A DNA stretch of 64,000 nucleotides from Chitinophaga pinensis (GCA_945902745.1 CAMDNE010000011.1:26644-90643); one strand, 5' to 3'; shown: positions 39,202 to 50,682, counted from the stretch's first letter. The notes: generated by a model not told the origin, from the letters alone. Program-made: numbers and translations.

Positions 39202-40923
39202 TTAGTTAAAAAAGTCCCACGTAATACCAACTCTCAATTGATTTGAAGCAATGGGATAATTTTTCATCAATTCACTATTATGGTCATTCCAGAAATAACC
39301 GATATTTTCAAACCTCACATAAAATTTAAATTCATCAATTTGAAATCCAGCGAAAAAATGCAAATTAGCATATCCTAAATTACTTGTCGTTAAATTATCG
39401 AGTTGAAAAGTACTTGTATTAGAACTATATCCAATTCGCTGATAAGATGATACGAATGAGAAATCAACACCCGTATACGCTTTCAGTTTTTTTGCTTTAA
39501 AGATTCCTCCTTTGATAAATATTCTTGTCTGAAGCTGATGCATCGGTAGAATTTGAAAATCTTTATCGCTCAGTGTGAACACATAATTGGGTTGAATAAT
39601 CAATATACGGAAACGATAATTGGCTCTTAAAGAAAACTGGTTAAACCCAAAAGATTTCAACGAATCATTTCTCCATGTTTCTCCAATAAAAAAGTAATTA
39701 TTTGTCCAATTCGAATATGAATAACCCGCAACAAAATCAATAGGACCAAGATTTCCTTCAACTAAAACACCAACTTTTGCTCTCTGTTGTTTTTCTGGAT
39801 TGAACATTAAAGTAGTGTAATTATTTCCAATTGCATACCGTTGGTAATAATCCGGAAGTTTATTTTCATATTGCACAATCGCCTTAACTTCTAATTTATT
39901 TAATTTATAGGAAAGGTTTAATTTTTCAGCAAAGCCATTTTTTGCACCAATTAAATTCAACTCGAATTGATTCGTAATTCCAATTCTACTTTTCGAATAA
40001 TTATAGTCTGCAAAAACGGAAACTTCAGTGGTATCATAATATCTTCCTAAATTCTGAAAATTCCAAAATTTCGCGTCAGCTCCAACTTTCAGGAAATTAC
40101 TTGCGTTTTTAAGGAAAATACCTGCACCATTTGAAATTTGGGACCATTGGTGTTGATCGTATGTTTGTAAACTATCAAAATTGATGGAATTATAAAATCC
40201 ATAAATGGTATCATTTTCTTGATAAACAAACTTCTTGATTTTTAATTCATGCTGTGTAAATAATCCAAATGCCCTTATTGAATCCTTGTTGAAATCAAAA
40301 TAATTACTTTCAAATAACCGAATGCGCTTTGTATTTGTTTCTGCGTCTTCTTTATTAACTGGAATAAAGATTAAAGGATAATCATTTGCAAGTGTATCAG
40401 TTGCTAAGCCACCACTTTGAGCAACTCTTGATGATTCATAAGAACCTTTCAATTCAAAAGAATAAACTTTTCCTAATCGTTGCAATTGAGCTTGCAGATC
40501 ATTATGATTATAATCACTATTTCTTAAAAAACCAGTTGAAACACGTTTGATATAATCGATATTCAATAATGTCTTCTTATTAAAAACTTGTTGGTATTCT
40601 GCTTGAACAAATTGACTTCCTTGATTACCAAATGAATAGGCAAACCCTATGTGTGGTAAGCCTGAGAAACGCATTGTTTTCCAATCTTTAAATGAATAGA
40701 ATTGCTGTCCGCCAGGCGAGTTCAACAAAAGATTGACGGAAGGAGTAACCACTTGTCCGCCAGGAACTGTTGAAGAACAAGAAGCAATAAAATCTATAGA
40801 ATCAAGCTTTCCTCCTATTCTGTCATCCATTTTGATTGAATCCACTTGAAAAAAAGGATGGTAGTTTTGTGCGTTGAGGTTAACACAAAAAAATAAAGAA
40901 ACACACAACAACCAAAAACGCAT
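39202..40923 (-). CDS. Outer-membrane beta-barrel protein (putative porin family)
   Basis: It has a signal peptide, alternating aromatic-rich beta-strand pattern, and a C-terminal aromatic residue. Confidence 0.5.
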   Translation of the reverse strand: MRFWLLCVSLFFCVNLNAQNYHPFFQVDSIKMDDRIGGKLDSIDFIASCSSTVPGGQVVTPSVNLLLNSPGGQQFYSFKDWKTMRFSGLPHIGFAYSFGNQGSQFVQAEYQQVFNKKTLLNIDYIKRVSTGFLRNSDYNHNDLQAQLQRLGKVYSFELKGSYESSRVAQSGGLATDTLANDYPLIFIPVNKEDAETNTKRIRLFESNYFDFNKDSIRAFGLFTQHELKIKKFVYQENDTIYGFYNSINFDSLQTYDQHQWSQISNGAGIFLKNASNFLKVGADAKFWNFQNLGRYYDTTEVSVFADYNYSKSRIGITNQFELNLIGAKNGFAEKLNLSYKLNKLEVKAIVQYENKLPDYYQRYAIGNNYTTLMFNPEKQQRAKVGVLVEGNLGPIDFVAGYSYSNWTNNYFFIGETWRNDSLKSFGFNQFSLRANYRFRILIIQPNYVFTLSDKDFQILPMHQLQTRIFIKGGIFKAKKLKAYTGVDFSFVSSYQRIGYSSNTSTFQLDNLTTSNLGYANLHFFAGFQIDEFKFYVRFENIGYFWNDHNSELMKNYPIASNQLRVGITWDFFN

Positions 40924-40950
40924 TCGAGAATTGTTAAAAGTTAAAGGTAT

Positions 40951-40971
40951 AAAAAAAGGGGCAATTGCCCC
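40951..40971 (-). terminator. rpsT terminator
   Basis: The palindrome GGGGCAATTGCCCC is followed by T7 on the minus strand. Confidence 0.8.
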
Positions 40972-40995
40972 TAAAATTATTCGAGAACGAATCTA

Positions 40996-41247
40996 TTACA
41001 AGTTATTCATCCCTACTTGTAAACCAGACTTCAAGTTAGCTGCTTTGTTAGCATGGATAACGTTTCTTTTAGCTAATTTATCCAACATTGCAACAAGACT
41101 AGAAAATAAACCTTCTGCTTCTTTCTTATCAGTTAACAAACGAAACTTACGAATAGCGTTACGCGTCGTTTTGTGTTGATACTTGTTACGAAGTCTTCTT
41201 CCTTCGTTCGTTCTTATTCTCTTTTTTGCTGACTTATGATTTGCCAT
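40996..41247 (-). CDS. rpsT: 30S ribosomal protein S20
   Basis: It has [12 protein letters not shown] and is 83 aa long. Confidence 0.95.
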   Translation of the reverse strand: MANHKSAKKRIRTNEGRRLRNKYQHKTTRNAIRKFRLLTDKKEAEGLFSSLVAMLDKLAKRNVIHANKAANLKSGLQVGMNNL

Positions 41248-41281
41248 TTTGTTTTGTTTTTAAAAATTTTTAAATCTCTAG

Positions 41282-41353
41282 TAGCCCATAGGAGAATCGA
41301 ACTCCTGTTACCAGGATGAAAACCTGGCGTCCTAACCACTAGACGAATGGGCC
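41282..41353 (-). tRNA. tRNA-Glu (UUC), copy 1
   Basis: The minus strand GGCCCATTCGTCTAGTGGTTAGGACGCCAGGTTTTCATCCTGGTAACAGGAGTTCGATTCTCCTATGGGCTA folds as a cloverleaf. The anticodon loop TTTTCAT gives UUC. Confidence 0.9.
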
Positions 41354-41370
41354 AAATTGGTTAAATTTGG

Positions 41371-41442
41371 TAGCCCATAGGAGAATCGAACTCCTGTTAC
41401 CAGGATGAAAACCTGGCGTCCTAACCACTAGACGAATGGGCC
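41371..41442 (-). tRNA. tRNA-Glu (UUC), copy 2
   Basis: It is identical in sequence to copy 1, 17 nt away. Confidence 0.9.
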
Positions 41443-41522
41443 CTATTTTAAATTCTCCCGTTAATTTGGGAGTGCAAATATAGCCTGAAATTCTGTAATA
41501 GCAAACGTCAAGCGGTTTTTTT

Positions 41523-42209
41523 TTAAATTATTTCTTTATCATCTGATTTCATTTTGAAACCTAGACGTTTACCTGTTTGCATTTGTGAATTATTACTGAT
41601 CATTTGAGCTTCTTCAACAGTCATTTCAGAAACAAACTCAAATGGTGGTATCAGCATATCAAATTCGATGGCAAAAACAAAAGCCATTTGAACCACTAGC
41701 TTAATAGATTCTTCATTGAGTTCCATATTTTCAACATCTCGAAATAATGTTCCCAATTGCCCTTTCCCTTCAATCATGAAGTGGCGGTCTTTGTTGAACA
41801 TGATTCTACCAATCAAATAACCGTGATCTTGCGTTCTATTTTGCAAAAAAGATTGAGCGAGAAAATTATAGATGTAAATAACCCCAAAAAATCCTCTGTC
41901 ATCATCCTCTTTAAAATAGTGTGTCCCCCATAAAGGATTATCGTCTGGAAGTCTAAAAACATTGTTATGTGCATGAAAAACAAGCACATCGCTTCCAACG
42001 TACACATGCTTTTCAAATTGACCCTTTTCTTTTGTAAACAATCTAATCCTTGGATCTTTTATTTGCAATTGAAGTGCCTCAAGTTCCGTATTTATTGCAT
42101 CATTGAAAAGTTTAAAAATAGTTGTTGCATCGGCAGCAATATTTTGCTTCAACGTAGCTTTGCTTTTTAACAAGTCTAAAATAACCTTTCTATTTTGTTC
42201 AATTTTCAT
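41523..42209 (-). CDS. Hypothetical protein (228 aa)
   Basis: It is a long ORF 2 nt downstream of proS. I recognise no domain. Confidence 0.5.
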   Translation of the reverse strand: MKIEQNRKVILDLLKSKATLKQNIAADATTIFKLFNDAINTELEALQLQIKDPRIRLFTKEKGQFEKHVYVGSDVLVFHAHNNVFRLPDDNPLWGTHYFKEDDDRGFFGVIYIYNFLAQSFLQNRTQDHGYLIGRIMFNKDRHFMIEGKGQLGTLFRDVENMELNEESIKLVVQMAFVFAIEFDMLIPPFEFVSEMTVEEAQMISNNSQMQTGKRLGFKMKSDDKEII

Positions 42210-42211
42210 AC

Positions 42212-43684
42212 TTAATAAGCTTTAGCCAAAACAACTCTTTTGTTCGATGGTTTTCCTGTTACCATACAAAAACCTGCTTCTTCTGGCTGGTCAATAGCAA
42301 TACAACGTATCGTTGCCTGTGTTTCTTCTTTGATTTTAGCTTCTGTTTCAGCCGTTCCATCCCAATGCGCCAAGAAGAAACCACCTTTATCAATCTGCGC
42401 TTTAAAATCATCGTACGAATCAACATTTTGCATGTTATCTTTTCTAAACGCTTTCGCTCTTTCAAATAAATTCTTTTGAATTTCAGCTAACAACTTTTCG
42501 ATGTAATTTTCAATCGTTGCAAATTCAACTACTTCTTTTGTTTTCGTATCTCTTCGAGCAACTTCAACATTTCCGCTTTCCAAATCTCTTGGTCCCATTG
42601 CTATTCTAATTGGAACACCTTTCGCTTCATATTCAGCAAATTTCCATCCTGGACGTCGATTTTCATCGTTGTCATATTTGAAAGAAATTCCTTTCGCTTT
42701 CAATTTCAAGCCTAATTCAGCCATTTTTTGATTAATTGCTTCTAATTCTTCATCTGTTTTATGGATTGGAACTGCAACAACTTGAATTGGCGCTAACGCT
42801 GGAGGTAAAACGAGTCCTTCATCATCAGAATGCGTCATGATCAACGCTCCCATTAAACGCGTAGAAACACCCCAAGAAGTTGCCCAAACATGTTCTACTT
42901 TACCATCTTTGTCTGCAAACTTCACATCAAATGCCTTCGCGAAATTTTGACCTAAAAAATGGGATGTTCCAGCTTGAAGCGCTTTTCCATCTTGCATCAT
43001 TGATTCAATGCACAATGTATCTTCTGCACCAGCAAAACGTTCACTCGCAGATTTACGTCCTTTAATTACGGGCATTGCCATATAATTCTCAGCAAATTCT
43101 GCGTAAACATCTAACATTAATTCTGCTTCACTGATTGCCTCTTGTTTCGTTGCGTGAGCGGTATGGCCTTCTTGCCATAAAAATTCAGTTGTTCTTAAAA
43201 ATAAACGCGTTCTCATTTCCCAACGCACAACATTTGCCCATTGATTAATAAGAATTGGTAAATCTCTGTAGGATTGAATCCAATTTCTATATGAATTCCA
43301 AATGATTGTTTCAGAAGTTGGACGAATAATTAATTCTTCCTCTAATTTTGCTGTTGGATCAACAATTACACCGCTTCCATCTTCCGCATTTTTTAATCGG
43401 TAATGTGTTACAACCGCACATTCTTTCGCAAAACCTTCAATGTGACTTGCTTCTTTACTTAAATAAGACTTCGGAATTAACAAAGGGAAATAAGCATTCG
43501 AATGACCCGTTTCTTTGAATTTTTTATCCAAAACTTCTTTCATCATCTCCCAAATCGCATAGCCATAAGGCTTGATAACCATACATCCTCTAACATCTGA
43601 ATGTTCTGCTAAATCCGCTCTATAGACTAATTCATTGTACCATTTGGAATAATCCTCTTCTCTCGTTGTATACTTTTGTGCCAT
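42212..43684 (-). CDS. proS: Proline-tRNA ligase (archaeal/eukaryote-like type)
   Basis: It contains [11 protein letters not shown]...[17 protein letters not shown] and has a class II core. Confidence 0.95.
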   Translation of the reverse strand: MAQKYTTREEDYSKWYNELVYRADLAEHSDVRGCMVIKPYGYAIWEMMKEVLDKKFKETGHSNAYFPLLIPKSYLSKEASHIEGFAKECAVVTHYRLKNAEDGSGVIVDPTAKLEEELIIRPTSETIIWNSYRNWIQSYRDLPILINQWANVVRWEMRTRLFLRTTEFLWQEGHTAHATKQEAISEAELMLDVYAEFAENYMAMPVIKGRKSASERFAGAEDTLCIESMMQDGKALQAGTSHFLGQNFAKAFDVKFADKDGKVEHVWATSWGVSTRLMGALIMTHSDDEGLVLPPALAPIQVVAVPIHKTDEELEAINQKMAELGLKLKAKGISFKYDNDENRRPGWKFAEYEAKGVPIRIAMGPRDLESGNVEVARRDTKTKEVVEFATIENYIEKLLAEIQKNLFERAKAFRKDNMQNVDSYDDFKAQIDKGGFFLAHWDGTAETEAKIKEETQATIRCIAIDQPEEAGFCMVTGKPSNKRVVLAKAY

Positions 43685-43774
43685 TATTTATGCTTTTCTG
43701 TGCTTATTAAGTTGCAAATTTAGCAATTAAAAGTAATGTTTCAGGGAATTAAATGAGTTTGACACACAACTTTG

Positions 43775-45316
43775 TTAAGCTTTACTTTCTTCCAATTCTG
43801 CCTTTATTGCCTCAGAAAATGAAATTTTATAAATTTTACTCGTAACCCAAGCGTTTATATTGAAATATTCCAAAACAGTTCGTTCATTTTGATCTTTCAA
43901 TAATTCATCCAACTCATCTTTCATTTTTTCAAGAATGATGATTTTCTCGCTATTCTGAAAGGTTTTTGATAATTTTCTGATGTGCTTAATACAGACATTT
44001 TCAACTTCAAAACTGCGTTCTTGCTTATTTAAATAGCGATTAGTCGATTTTATTACATATTCAAGGAAATCATAGTTTTCCAATTCGAAATGTAAAACCA
44101 AATTAAATAAGCGCGAAAAACTGTAAATGTCTTGTCTTAAATTCTGTTCATTATCGTTTAAAACAGTGTTAATGTATGACAATGCTTTTTTGAAATCACC
44201 AACACCAAAATAACTATATGCCTTGCTATAGAGGAGAAGTATTTCTTGTTCCTTACTAACTTTTTCGCCATATTCTTCTTGTAATCGCTCAATTTCAGGT
44301 ATCAGTTCAACACTCTTCTGAAATTCTCCCATTGCATGTAAAAGTACAAGCTCAAGATTATAAGAATTAGTGAAAATTCGTACTAAAATATCAGTTGAAT
44401 TGAACCCTTTTTTTCCTTCCAGCTCACGAATATCAATAATTAATTCTTGTGCTTTCACAAAGTCCTTGCTATCAATATAACAGCGCAATAAATGGAAAAG
44501 AGTCAAAATATACCGTTGACCAGAATCCACTTTCAACATTGGATTATTATCTAAAATTTCTCGTGTACGATTAAAAAATTGAAAGCTATCCTCAAAATTA
44601 CGATTGGTTGCGGCGCACAGACCTTTAATGTAATAGCACATGGATGCTGCTCTCGTTGAAAGTGCCGTGTTTTTTCCTTTTATCAAATGATAATCAGCAA
44701 TTTCCTCTACGGCTTTCCTTTCACTTTCTGTCCGCGTAAAACCTCCGCTTCTGAAAATCAGATTAATTTTTGAATAGATTACTTGGTATTCAGCCAAATT
44801 ACGAAGTTTTGCAATAACCATCTCTTCTTCAGCAACAAGTGCATCTAAATTTGTAGTGAATTCTCCCGACTCGTATGCCTCTTCCAATAATTTTTTCTCC
44901 CAAGATAAGAGCTCAAACCAATAATAAAATTTCTCATGGTCTTTTGCCATCTGCTTTGCTCTCGAGACAAATTTCTCACATTCTTTGTAAAGTGCTTTAT
45001 TGTAGAGAATTTCTACATTTTTAATTTCCTGCTTCAATAAACTACTAACCGATTGTTCACTGTAGAAGGACCTAAGACTTTTTAAAATCAATTTATACAA
45101 GTGATTTTTCTCAGAAGGAAGATGTTTAACAAATGTTTCTTTCTTGAATTCACTCTTAAGATTATCCTCATCATATTTTGATTGACTTTCAATAAAGTCA
45201 AAAATCTTTAAATAATTTTTATCACCTGATTGAAGAGAAGAAGATAATTTAAAAAAACGTTTTTCTGATTTAGTCAATGACTTAATCAAGCTGAATAATT
45301 CGGTTGAAGGCTTCAT
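43775..45316 (-). CDS. Hypothetical helical-repeat (TPR-like) protein
   Basis: It is a long ORF rich in helical repeats. The start is set at the internal Met (MKPSTELF). Confidence 0.5.
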   Translation of the reverse strand: MKPSTELFSLIKSLTKSEKRFFKLSSSLQSGDKNYLKIFDFIESQSKYDEDNLKSEFKKETFVKHLPSEKNHLYKLILKSLRSFYSEQSVSSLLKQEIKNVEILYNKALYKECEKFVSRAKQMAKDHEKFYYWFELLSWEKKLLEEAYESGEFTTNLDALVAEEEMVIAKLRNLAEYQVIYSKINLIFRSGGFTRTESERKAVEEIADYHLIKGKNTALSTRAASMCYYIKGLCAATNRNFEDSFQFFNRTREILDNNPMLKVDSGQRYILTLFHLLRCYIDSKDFVKAQELIIDIRELEGKKGFNSTDILVRIFTNSYNLELVLLHAMGEFQKSVELIPEIERLQEEYGEKVSKEQEILLLYSKAYSYFGVGDFKKALSYINTVLNDNEQNLRQDIYSFSRLFNLVLHFELENYDFLEYVIKSTNRYLNKQERSFEVENVCIKHIRKLSKTFQNSEKIIILEKMKDELDELLKDQNERTVLEYFNINAWVTSKIYKISFSEAIKAELEESKA

Positions 45317-45477
45317 GTATATATAATCTTGTAAGACCAAATTAAGAAATAACTTTTAAACCGACAATTCAAAACCTAAATCCATTGATTTAAATGTTAT
45401 ATCGATTTATTAAAAGGAATTTCTGTCAAAAGCGTTGGATTCTTAAAAGTAGTATTCGACTTATAGGAATACAAGAA

Positions 45478-45506
45478 AAGCCTCAGTTTCCCAAGGCTTT
45501 TCAAAC
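45478..45506 (-). terminator. Terminator downstream of the glucosaminidase gene
   Basis: On the minus strand, stem AAGCCT/AGGCTT is followed by a T-rich run. Confidence 0.45.
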
Positions 45507-45564
45507 AAACAACAACAAACTAAAAACCTCACAAAACCTGTTTAGCTCAGGCTGGAAAAATCCA

Positions 45565-46479
45565 TTAACGGAGGGTAACTTTTTCTCCCTTGGCCATTAG
45601 TTGGTCTGCGGAAGAAATTTCATTTAATTTTTGTAGCGACCCAAGTTTCAGCGCTTGGTCTTGTGACAATTCTCTCAAACTCATTGAATGAGACAACTTA
45701 ATACTTTCTTTCTTTGATCTTTTTCTTTTTGGTTGAATATAAACAATGTCACCTTCAACTAACACATCCTTTTTCGGTCCGAAGTCATTGTATTTGTACA
45801 ACTCCCACAATCCCATTCCAAATTCTTTTGCAATTCTATAAAATGTATCGCCTTTTCTAGCAATAATGTATTTTACTTTGTTTTCATGAAGCAATACAGT
45901 GTGTTTCACAACAGTAAGTTCAGATGATTTTTCAGCAACTAAGTTTGGTGCTTTTTCATTATTCGGTTTACCTGTTTCATCTAAATCATACAATTTCAAA
46001 TCCTCAATGATTTCGATTAACAAATCTGGATATTTCGGATTTGTAGCATAACCAGCTTCCTTCAATCCTTTAGCCCAAGCTTTATAATCACCTTTATCTA
46101 GCGTAAACAAATTCTTATACCGTGACTTATTTTTCAAAAATTCACTGTGATCAACATAAGATTCTTCAGCACTTGCATATACTCTAAAACATTCATTTTT
46201 CTGATCATCATCGACACGCATTGTTTCGCCTGTCCAATCTGCACACTTAATTCCGAAATGATTTTTACCTTTTACAGCTAAATCAGAGTTCCCACTTCCC
46301 GATTCAAGAATTCCTTGCGCTAATGTAATACTTGCAGGGATTTTATATTGAATCATTTGCTGAACCGCAGTAGTACGCCATTGTTCAACGTATTCTTTTT
46401 TGGAAATCTGTTTTACAATCTCTCCTGCTTGAGAAAAAACGAAAACTGAAAGACAAATGCTTGTTGCTAATAATTTCAT
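45565..46479 (-). CDS. Glucosaminidase-domain peptidoglycan hydrolase with two LysM domains
   Basis: LAQGILESGSGNSDLA..GKNHFGIK is glucosaminidase-like. YIIARKGDTFYRIAKEFG and a second LysM-like segment follow. Confidence 0.8.
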   Translation of the reverse strand: MKLLATSICLSVFVFSQAGEIVKQISKKEYVEQWRTTAVQQMIQYKIPASITLAQGILESGSGNSDLAVKGKNHFGIKCADWTGETMRVDDDQKNECFRVYASAEESYVDHSEFLKNKSRYKNLFTLDKGDYKAWAKGLKEAGYATNPKYPDLLIEIIEDLKLYDLDETGKPNNEKAPNLVAEKSSELTVVKHTVLLHENKVKYIIARKGDTFYRIAKEFGMGLWELYKYNDFGPKKDVLVEGDIVYIQPKRKRSKKESIKLSHSMSLRELSQDQALKLGSLQKLNEISSADQLMAKGEKVTLR

Positions 46480-46695
46480 ATTACTGTTGTTTGTGTTTCT
46501 AAATACGGAGGTTTATCTGATAGGTTACAAAAATTGTTGATAAGTCATATTTTCATGTTAATAACCCCGTAAATAACTGATAAAAAGACATTTCGTCAGA
46601 ACGAATCATCTTCGCCTGCCATTTTTACCGAATAACGTATTTAATTCGACTTGGCTTTTAATTTGACGATTCAAAACCAATCAAAAAATAGCATT

Positions 46696-49320
46696 ATGGA
46701 TTTAAATAAGTTTACAACCAAATCTCAAGAAGTTGTTCAACAAGCTCAAAATCTTGCTGAATCGAACGGTAACCAATCCATTGAAACCGGTCATCTTTTA
46801 AAGGCAATATTCTTAACAGATCAAGATGTAACGCCTTATTTACTCAACAAGTTAAACGTAAATTCAACTGCTTTAGAAGCTGCTTTGGATAGAATAATAC
46901 TCTCGTACTCAAAAGTTGAAGGCGGACAAATTTATCTATCACAAAACACAAATAAGGTGTTTAATAATGCCGTTAACGAGCTCAAGAATTTTGGAGATGA
47001 CTACGTCACAATAGAAATGTTATTGTATTGCTTACTTGATGCATCGGATTCGATTGGAACACTTTTAAAAGATAATAAAATCAACAAAAACAACCTTAAA
47101 CAAGCAATTATGGATTTAAGAAACGGAGAAAAAGTCACTTCAAAAAGTCAAGAAGAAACCTATCAATCGCTTGAGAAATATGCAAAGAATTTAAATGAAC
47201 TTGCTAAAGCTGGAAAATTAGATCCAGTTATTGGTCGAGACGATGAGATCAGACGTGTTTTGCAAATTCTAACAAGAAGAACGAAAAACAACCCAATATT
47301 AATTGGTGAACCGGGCGTTGGAAAAACAGCCATTGCTGAAGGTTTAGCGCATAGAATTGTTGATGGCGATGTTCCTGAAAACCTTAAAACAAAAGTTGTC
47401 TATTCATTAGATATGGGCTCTTTGATTGCTGGAGCGAAATACAAAGGTGAATTTGAAGAAAGGTTGAAAGCTGTAATCAAAGAAGTCATCAATGCTGAAG
47501 GGGAAATAATTCTCTTCATTGATGAAATTCATACGCTCGTTGGAGCTGGTGGTGGCGAAGGAGCTATGGATGCCGCAAACATTTTAAAACCTGCATTAGC
47601 AAGAGGTGAATTAAGAGCCGTTGGAGCAACAACATTAAACGAATATCAAAAATACTTCGAAAAAGACAAGGCATTAGTAAGACGTTTTCAAACTGTTTTA
47701 GTCGACGAGCCAACTACTGAAGATGCAATTTCAATTCTTCGTGGTATCAAGGAAAAATATGAAAATCACCATAAAGTATTGATTAAAGATGCTGCAATTA
47801 TCGCCGCAGTTGAATTATCTCAACGGTATATTACGGATCGTCATTTACCAGATAAAGCGATTGATTTAATTGATGAAGCGGCTTCAAAGATGCGCATGGA
47901 AATTAATTCTAAACCAGAAGAACTGGACGAATTAGAACGAAAAATTATGCAGTTCGAAATTGAACGTGAGGCGCTTAAAAGAGAAAATGACAAGAAAAAG
48001 GTTGAAAATGTTGAGAAAGAATTAGCCAACCTAACAGAGCAAAGAGACGCATTCAAAGCGAAATGGCAAGCAGAAAGAGATGTTGTTGATTCAGTTCAAA
48101 AATTAAGGGAATCAATTGAGGATTTTAAAGTTGAAGCAGATCAAGCAGAAAGAGCTGGTGATTATGGCAAAGTTGCTGAAATTCGATATGGTAAAATTAA
48201 AGAAGCTGAAGAGCAACTTGAAAAAATAAAATCCAAGCTTGCAGAAATGCAATCGCAATCAAAAATGATTAAAGAAGAAGTTGATTCTGAAGATATCGCT
48301 GAAGTTGTATCCAAATGGACAGGAATTCCGGTCAATAAAATGATTGAAAGTGAAGTTTCTAAATTATTAAAATTAGAAGATGAATTAGGAAAGAGAATTG
48401 TTGGACAAGAAGAAGCAATTACTGCTATTTCTGATGCCGTGCGTCGTTCTCGAGCTGGATTGCAAGACGCAAGAAAACCAATTGGATCATTTATCTTCCT
48501 TGGAACAACTGGTGTTGGAAAAACAGAATTAGCCAAAGCATTAGCTGAATATTTATTCAACGATGAAAATGCAATGACTCGAATTGACATGAGTGAATAT
48601 CAAGAAAAACACTCTGTTTCACGTTTGGTTGGCGCGCCTCCTGGATATGTTGGATACGATGAAGGTGGCCAATTAACAGAAGCTGTGCGCAGACGTCCCT
48701 ACTCTATTGTTTTGTTAGATGAAATTGAAAAGGCGCATCCAGATGTTTTCAATGTTCTTTTGCAAGTTTTAGACGATGGCCGATTGACAGACAATAAAGG
48801 CAGAGTAGTGAATTTCAAGAATACGATTATCATAATGACCTCCAATCTTGGTTCGCATATTATTCACGAGAAATTCGACACTATTAAACCTTCAGAATAT
48901 GAAAAAGCAGGAGAAAAAGCGAAATTCGAAGTACTTGAATTATTGAGACAAACAATTCGTCCTGAATTTTTAAATAGAATTGACGAAACGATTATGTTCC
49001 TTCCGTTGACGAAAGCAAACGTGAAAGAGATCGTTGGAATACAACTGAATAATTTAAAGAAACAATTAAAAGCAACTGATATTAATCTTGTTGTTACAGA
49101 AGATGCATTTGATTGGATTACGGAAGCCGGATATGATCCATTCTTTGGTGCACGTCCTGTAAAAAGAGTGATTCAAAAGCAAGTATTGAATGAGCTTTCG
49201 AAAGCTTTGTTGAGCGGAACAATTGATAAAACACAGAATGTGGTCTTGGATACATTTGATGGGAAAATTGTTTTCAGGAAACCGATAACAGAAGCAGAGG
49301 AAACTTTAGTCACTTTATAA
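46696..49320 (+). CDS. clpB: ATP-dependent chaperone ClpB
   Basis: It has two AAA+ modules ([22 protein letters not shown]) and a middle coiled coil. The start is set at MDLNKFT. Confidence 0.95.
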   Translation: MDLNKFTTKSQEVVQQAQNLAESNGNQSIETGHLLKAIFLTDQDVTPYLLNKLNVNSTALEAALDRIILSYSKVEGGQIYLSQNTNKVFNNAVNELKNFGDDYVTIEMLLYCLLDASDSIGTLLKDNKINKNNLKQAIMDLRNGEKVTSKSQEETYQSLEKYAKNLNELAKAGKLDPVIGRDDEIRRVLQILTRRTKNNPILIGEPGVGKTAIAEGLAHRIVDGDVPENLKTKVVYSLDMGSLIAGAKYKGEFEERLKAVIKEVINAEGEIILFIDEIHTLVGAGGGEGAMDAANILKPALARGELRAVGATTLNEYQKYFEKDKALVRRFQTVLVDEPTTEDAISILRGIKEKYENHHKVLIKDAAIIAAVELSQRYITDRHLPDKAIDLIDEAASKMRMEINSKPEELDELERKIMQFEIEREALKRENDKKKVENVEKELANLTEQRDAFKAKWQAERDVVDSVQKLRESIEDFKVEADQAERAGDYGKVAEIRYGKIKEAEEQLEKIKSKLAEMQSQSKMIKEEVDSEDIAEVVSKWTGIPVNKMIESEVSKLLKLEDELGKRIVGQEEAITAISDAVRRSRAGLQDARKPIGSFIFLGTTGVGKTELAKALAEYLFNDENAMTRIDMSEYQEKHSVSRLVGAPPGYVGYDEGGQLTEAVRRRPYSIVLLDEIEKAHPDVFNVLLQVLDDGRLTDNKGRVVNFKNTIIIMTSNLGSHIIHEKFDTIKPSEYEKAGEKAKFEVLELLRQTIRPEFLNRIDETIMFLPLTKANVKEIVGIQLNNLKKQLKATDINLVVTEDAFDWITEAGYDPFFGARPVKRVIQKQVLNELSKALLSGTIDKTQNVVLDTFDGKIVFRKPITEAEETLVTL

Positions 49321-49328
49321 ACTAGCTA

Positions 49329-49358
49329 GGGAGATAATACACTTATCTCCCTTTTTTT
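49329..49358 (+). terminator. clpB terminator
   Basis: Stem GGGAGATAA/TTATCTCCC is followed by T7. Confidence 0.85.
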
Positions 49359-49550
49359 ATCTGAATTACTCAATCTACTATCTTAATAACCTTTCTTAAA
49401 ACAATAAATAGTATTAAATAAAATAATATCAAATTGAGAATGTGTCTATTTATAATGGGATAGAAAGATACAGTTCATGCGAAATGTGTATTTTTTTCTA
49501 AATGAGAAAAGGAAGTTTTTTTCAAGTCAAAAATTACACTTAATTACAAA

Positions 49551-49765
49551 CTTCTTTAAAGTAGAAAAGGAGCGGTAAATACCACTCCTTTTTCTATTAC
49601 CTAAAACCTAAACATCTACTTTTGATTATTGCATGAAACCACACTTGAAATAATCAAATACTGTTAATGAAAATTTCGTTCCAAAAAATTAAACAACTAA
49701 AAATCAATGATTTAAAAACGTGCCATTTTCTTAATATTCTTGATTTTGGAATATTTTCCCAAAAG
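49551..49765. repeat. Noncoding module copy A (hairpin-containing)
   Basis: The first ~115 nt are near-identical to copy B. It includes the stem GGAGCGGT/ACCACTCC flanked by A4/T5, the conserved ATTACCTAAAACCTAAACATCTACTTTTGATTATT, and the terminal ATTTTGGAATATTTTCCCAAAAG. Confidence 0.85.
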
Positions 49766-49815
49766 AAGAAAATTGGCGAATAGGAATTCTCAAAATAGCA
49801 TGCTTAATTTACCTA

Positions 49816-50032
49816 CTTCTATAAAGTAGTAAAAGGAGTGGTAATACCACTCCTTTTACTATTACCTAAAACCTAAACATCTACTTTTGATTATTATTGA
49901 AACCACTCTATAAATAATCCGAATCTGTTATAGTAATAAATATGCCAAAAACACTAACTACTTATAAAACAGTAATTTAACGATTTGATGTTTTCGGGTA
50001 TTTTCCTAATTTTGGAATTTTTTCCCAAAAAA
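49816..50032. repeat. Noncoding module copy B
   Basis: It is the same module 265 bp downstream. It has a perfect 12-bp hairpin AAAAGGAGTGGT-AAT-ACCACTCCTTTT at 49831-49857. Confidence 0.85.
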
Positions 50033-50548
50033 GGGCCAGCATGAGTCTACTTTTAAATGACAATTTGCTTAGCAATGAAACGTGTATTTTGTTCCTCCTT
50101 GTGCAAAGCTATTCTTATATCAATAATCAATACGCGTGTTTTGAGAAAAGTCATGCACATCTTTCATTGAGTGTTTAATCTTGTTTTTTTCTTAGTTCAT
50201 TCTGATAGGCTTGAGAACACTATTGCGGCTGACGTCAAATTATTGCAAACGAGTTAAATTTGAATCCTTCGTAACAGCGAAAGTCGAAAAAGCAGAACGT
50301 GAAGGTGCCCAAAGAGCAAATGACTTAGATTATATAGATTTAGCAAAAAAGAATGTTGTTAATTCTTACCGTTTTTCAGCATTGAACTTACTATTGTTTC
50401 AATACCACTCAACTAATCAGCACACATACGCAACCTTTTTTAACTTCAATCGTTTATAAGACAAGTCGTTTCAGACCAATTCAATACATGAAAAGTATCG
50501 GATTGTGAGATCCAAATAAAAAAGGTGCTTTTTTATACTTTTAAAGAA

Positions 50549-50581
50549 AATGAGTGAAAAATATTCACTCATTTTTTTTTT
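50549..50581 (+). terminator. Orphan plus-strand terminator in the gene-free spacer
   Basis: The 10-bp stem AATGAGTGAA/TTCACTCATT is followed by T10. No convincing upstream CDS is present. Confidence 0.6.
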
Positions 50582-50627
50582 AATTTAAACCCGATAATAC
50601 TTTAACCCTAAGGATACGTTTAAGCAC

Positions 50628-50660
50628 AAAAAAAAAGGGGAAAGCTCGTTTGCTTTCCCC
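50628..50660 (-). terminator. Terminator of the 981-aa gene
   Basis: On the minus strand, stem GGGGAAAGC/GCTTTCCCC is followed by T9. Confidence 0.85.
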
Positions 50661-50682
50661 TTCCACTTTCAGACCATAATTT

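Noticed and set aside
40874-41179. 101-aa plus-strand ORF.
   Set aside because: It spans the porin start region and is antisense to rpsT. No support exists beyond being open.
41282-41442. Tandem identical tRNA-Glu genes as something unusual, such as an integration hotspot.
   Set aside because: Tandem tRNA duplicates are common. No integrase, direct repeat of the tRNA 3' end, or island follows them.
50211-50459. 82-aa ORF in the clpB-distal spacer as a real gene, and a tmRNA-like reading of GCAAACGA at about 50246.
   Set aside because: The ORF has a non-ATG start and no motifs. No tmRNA hallmarks are present: no tRNA-like acceptor/T-arm ends and no ...YALAA tag frame. The region is kept only as an unexplained transcribed-looking stretch.
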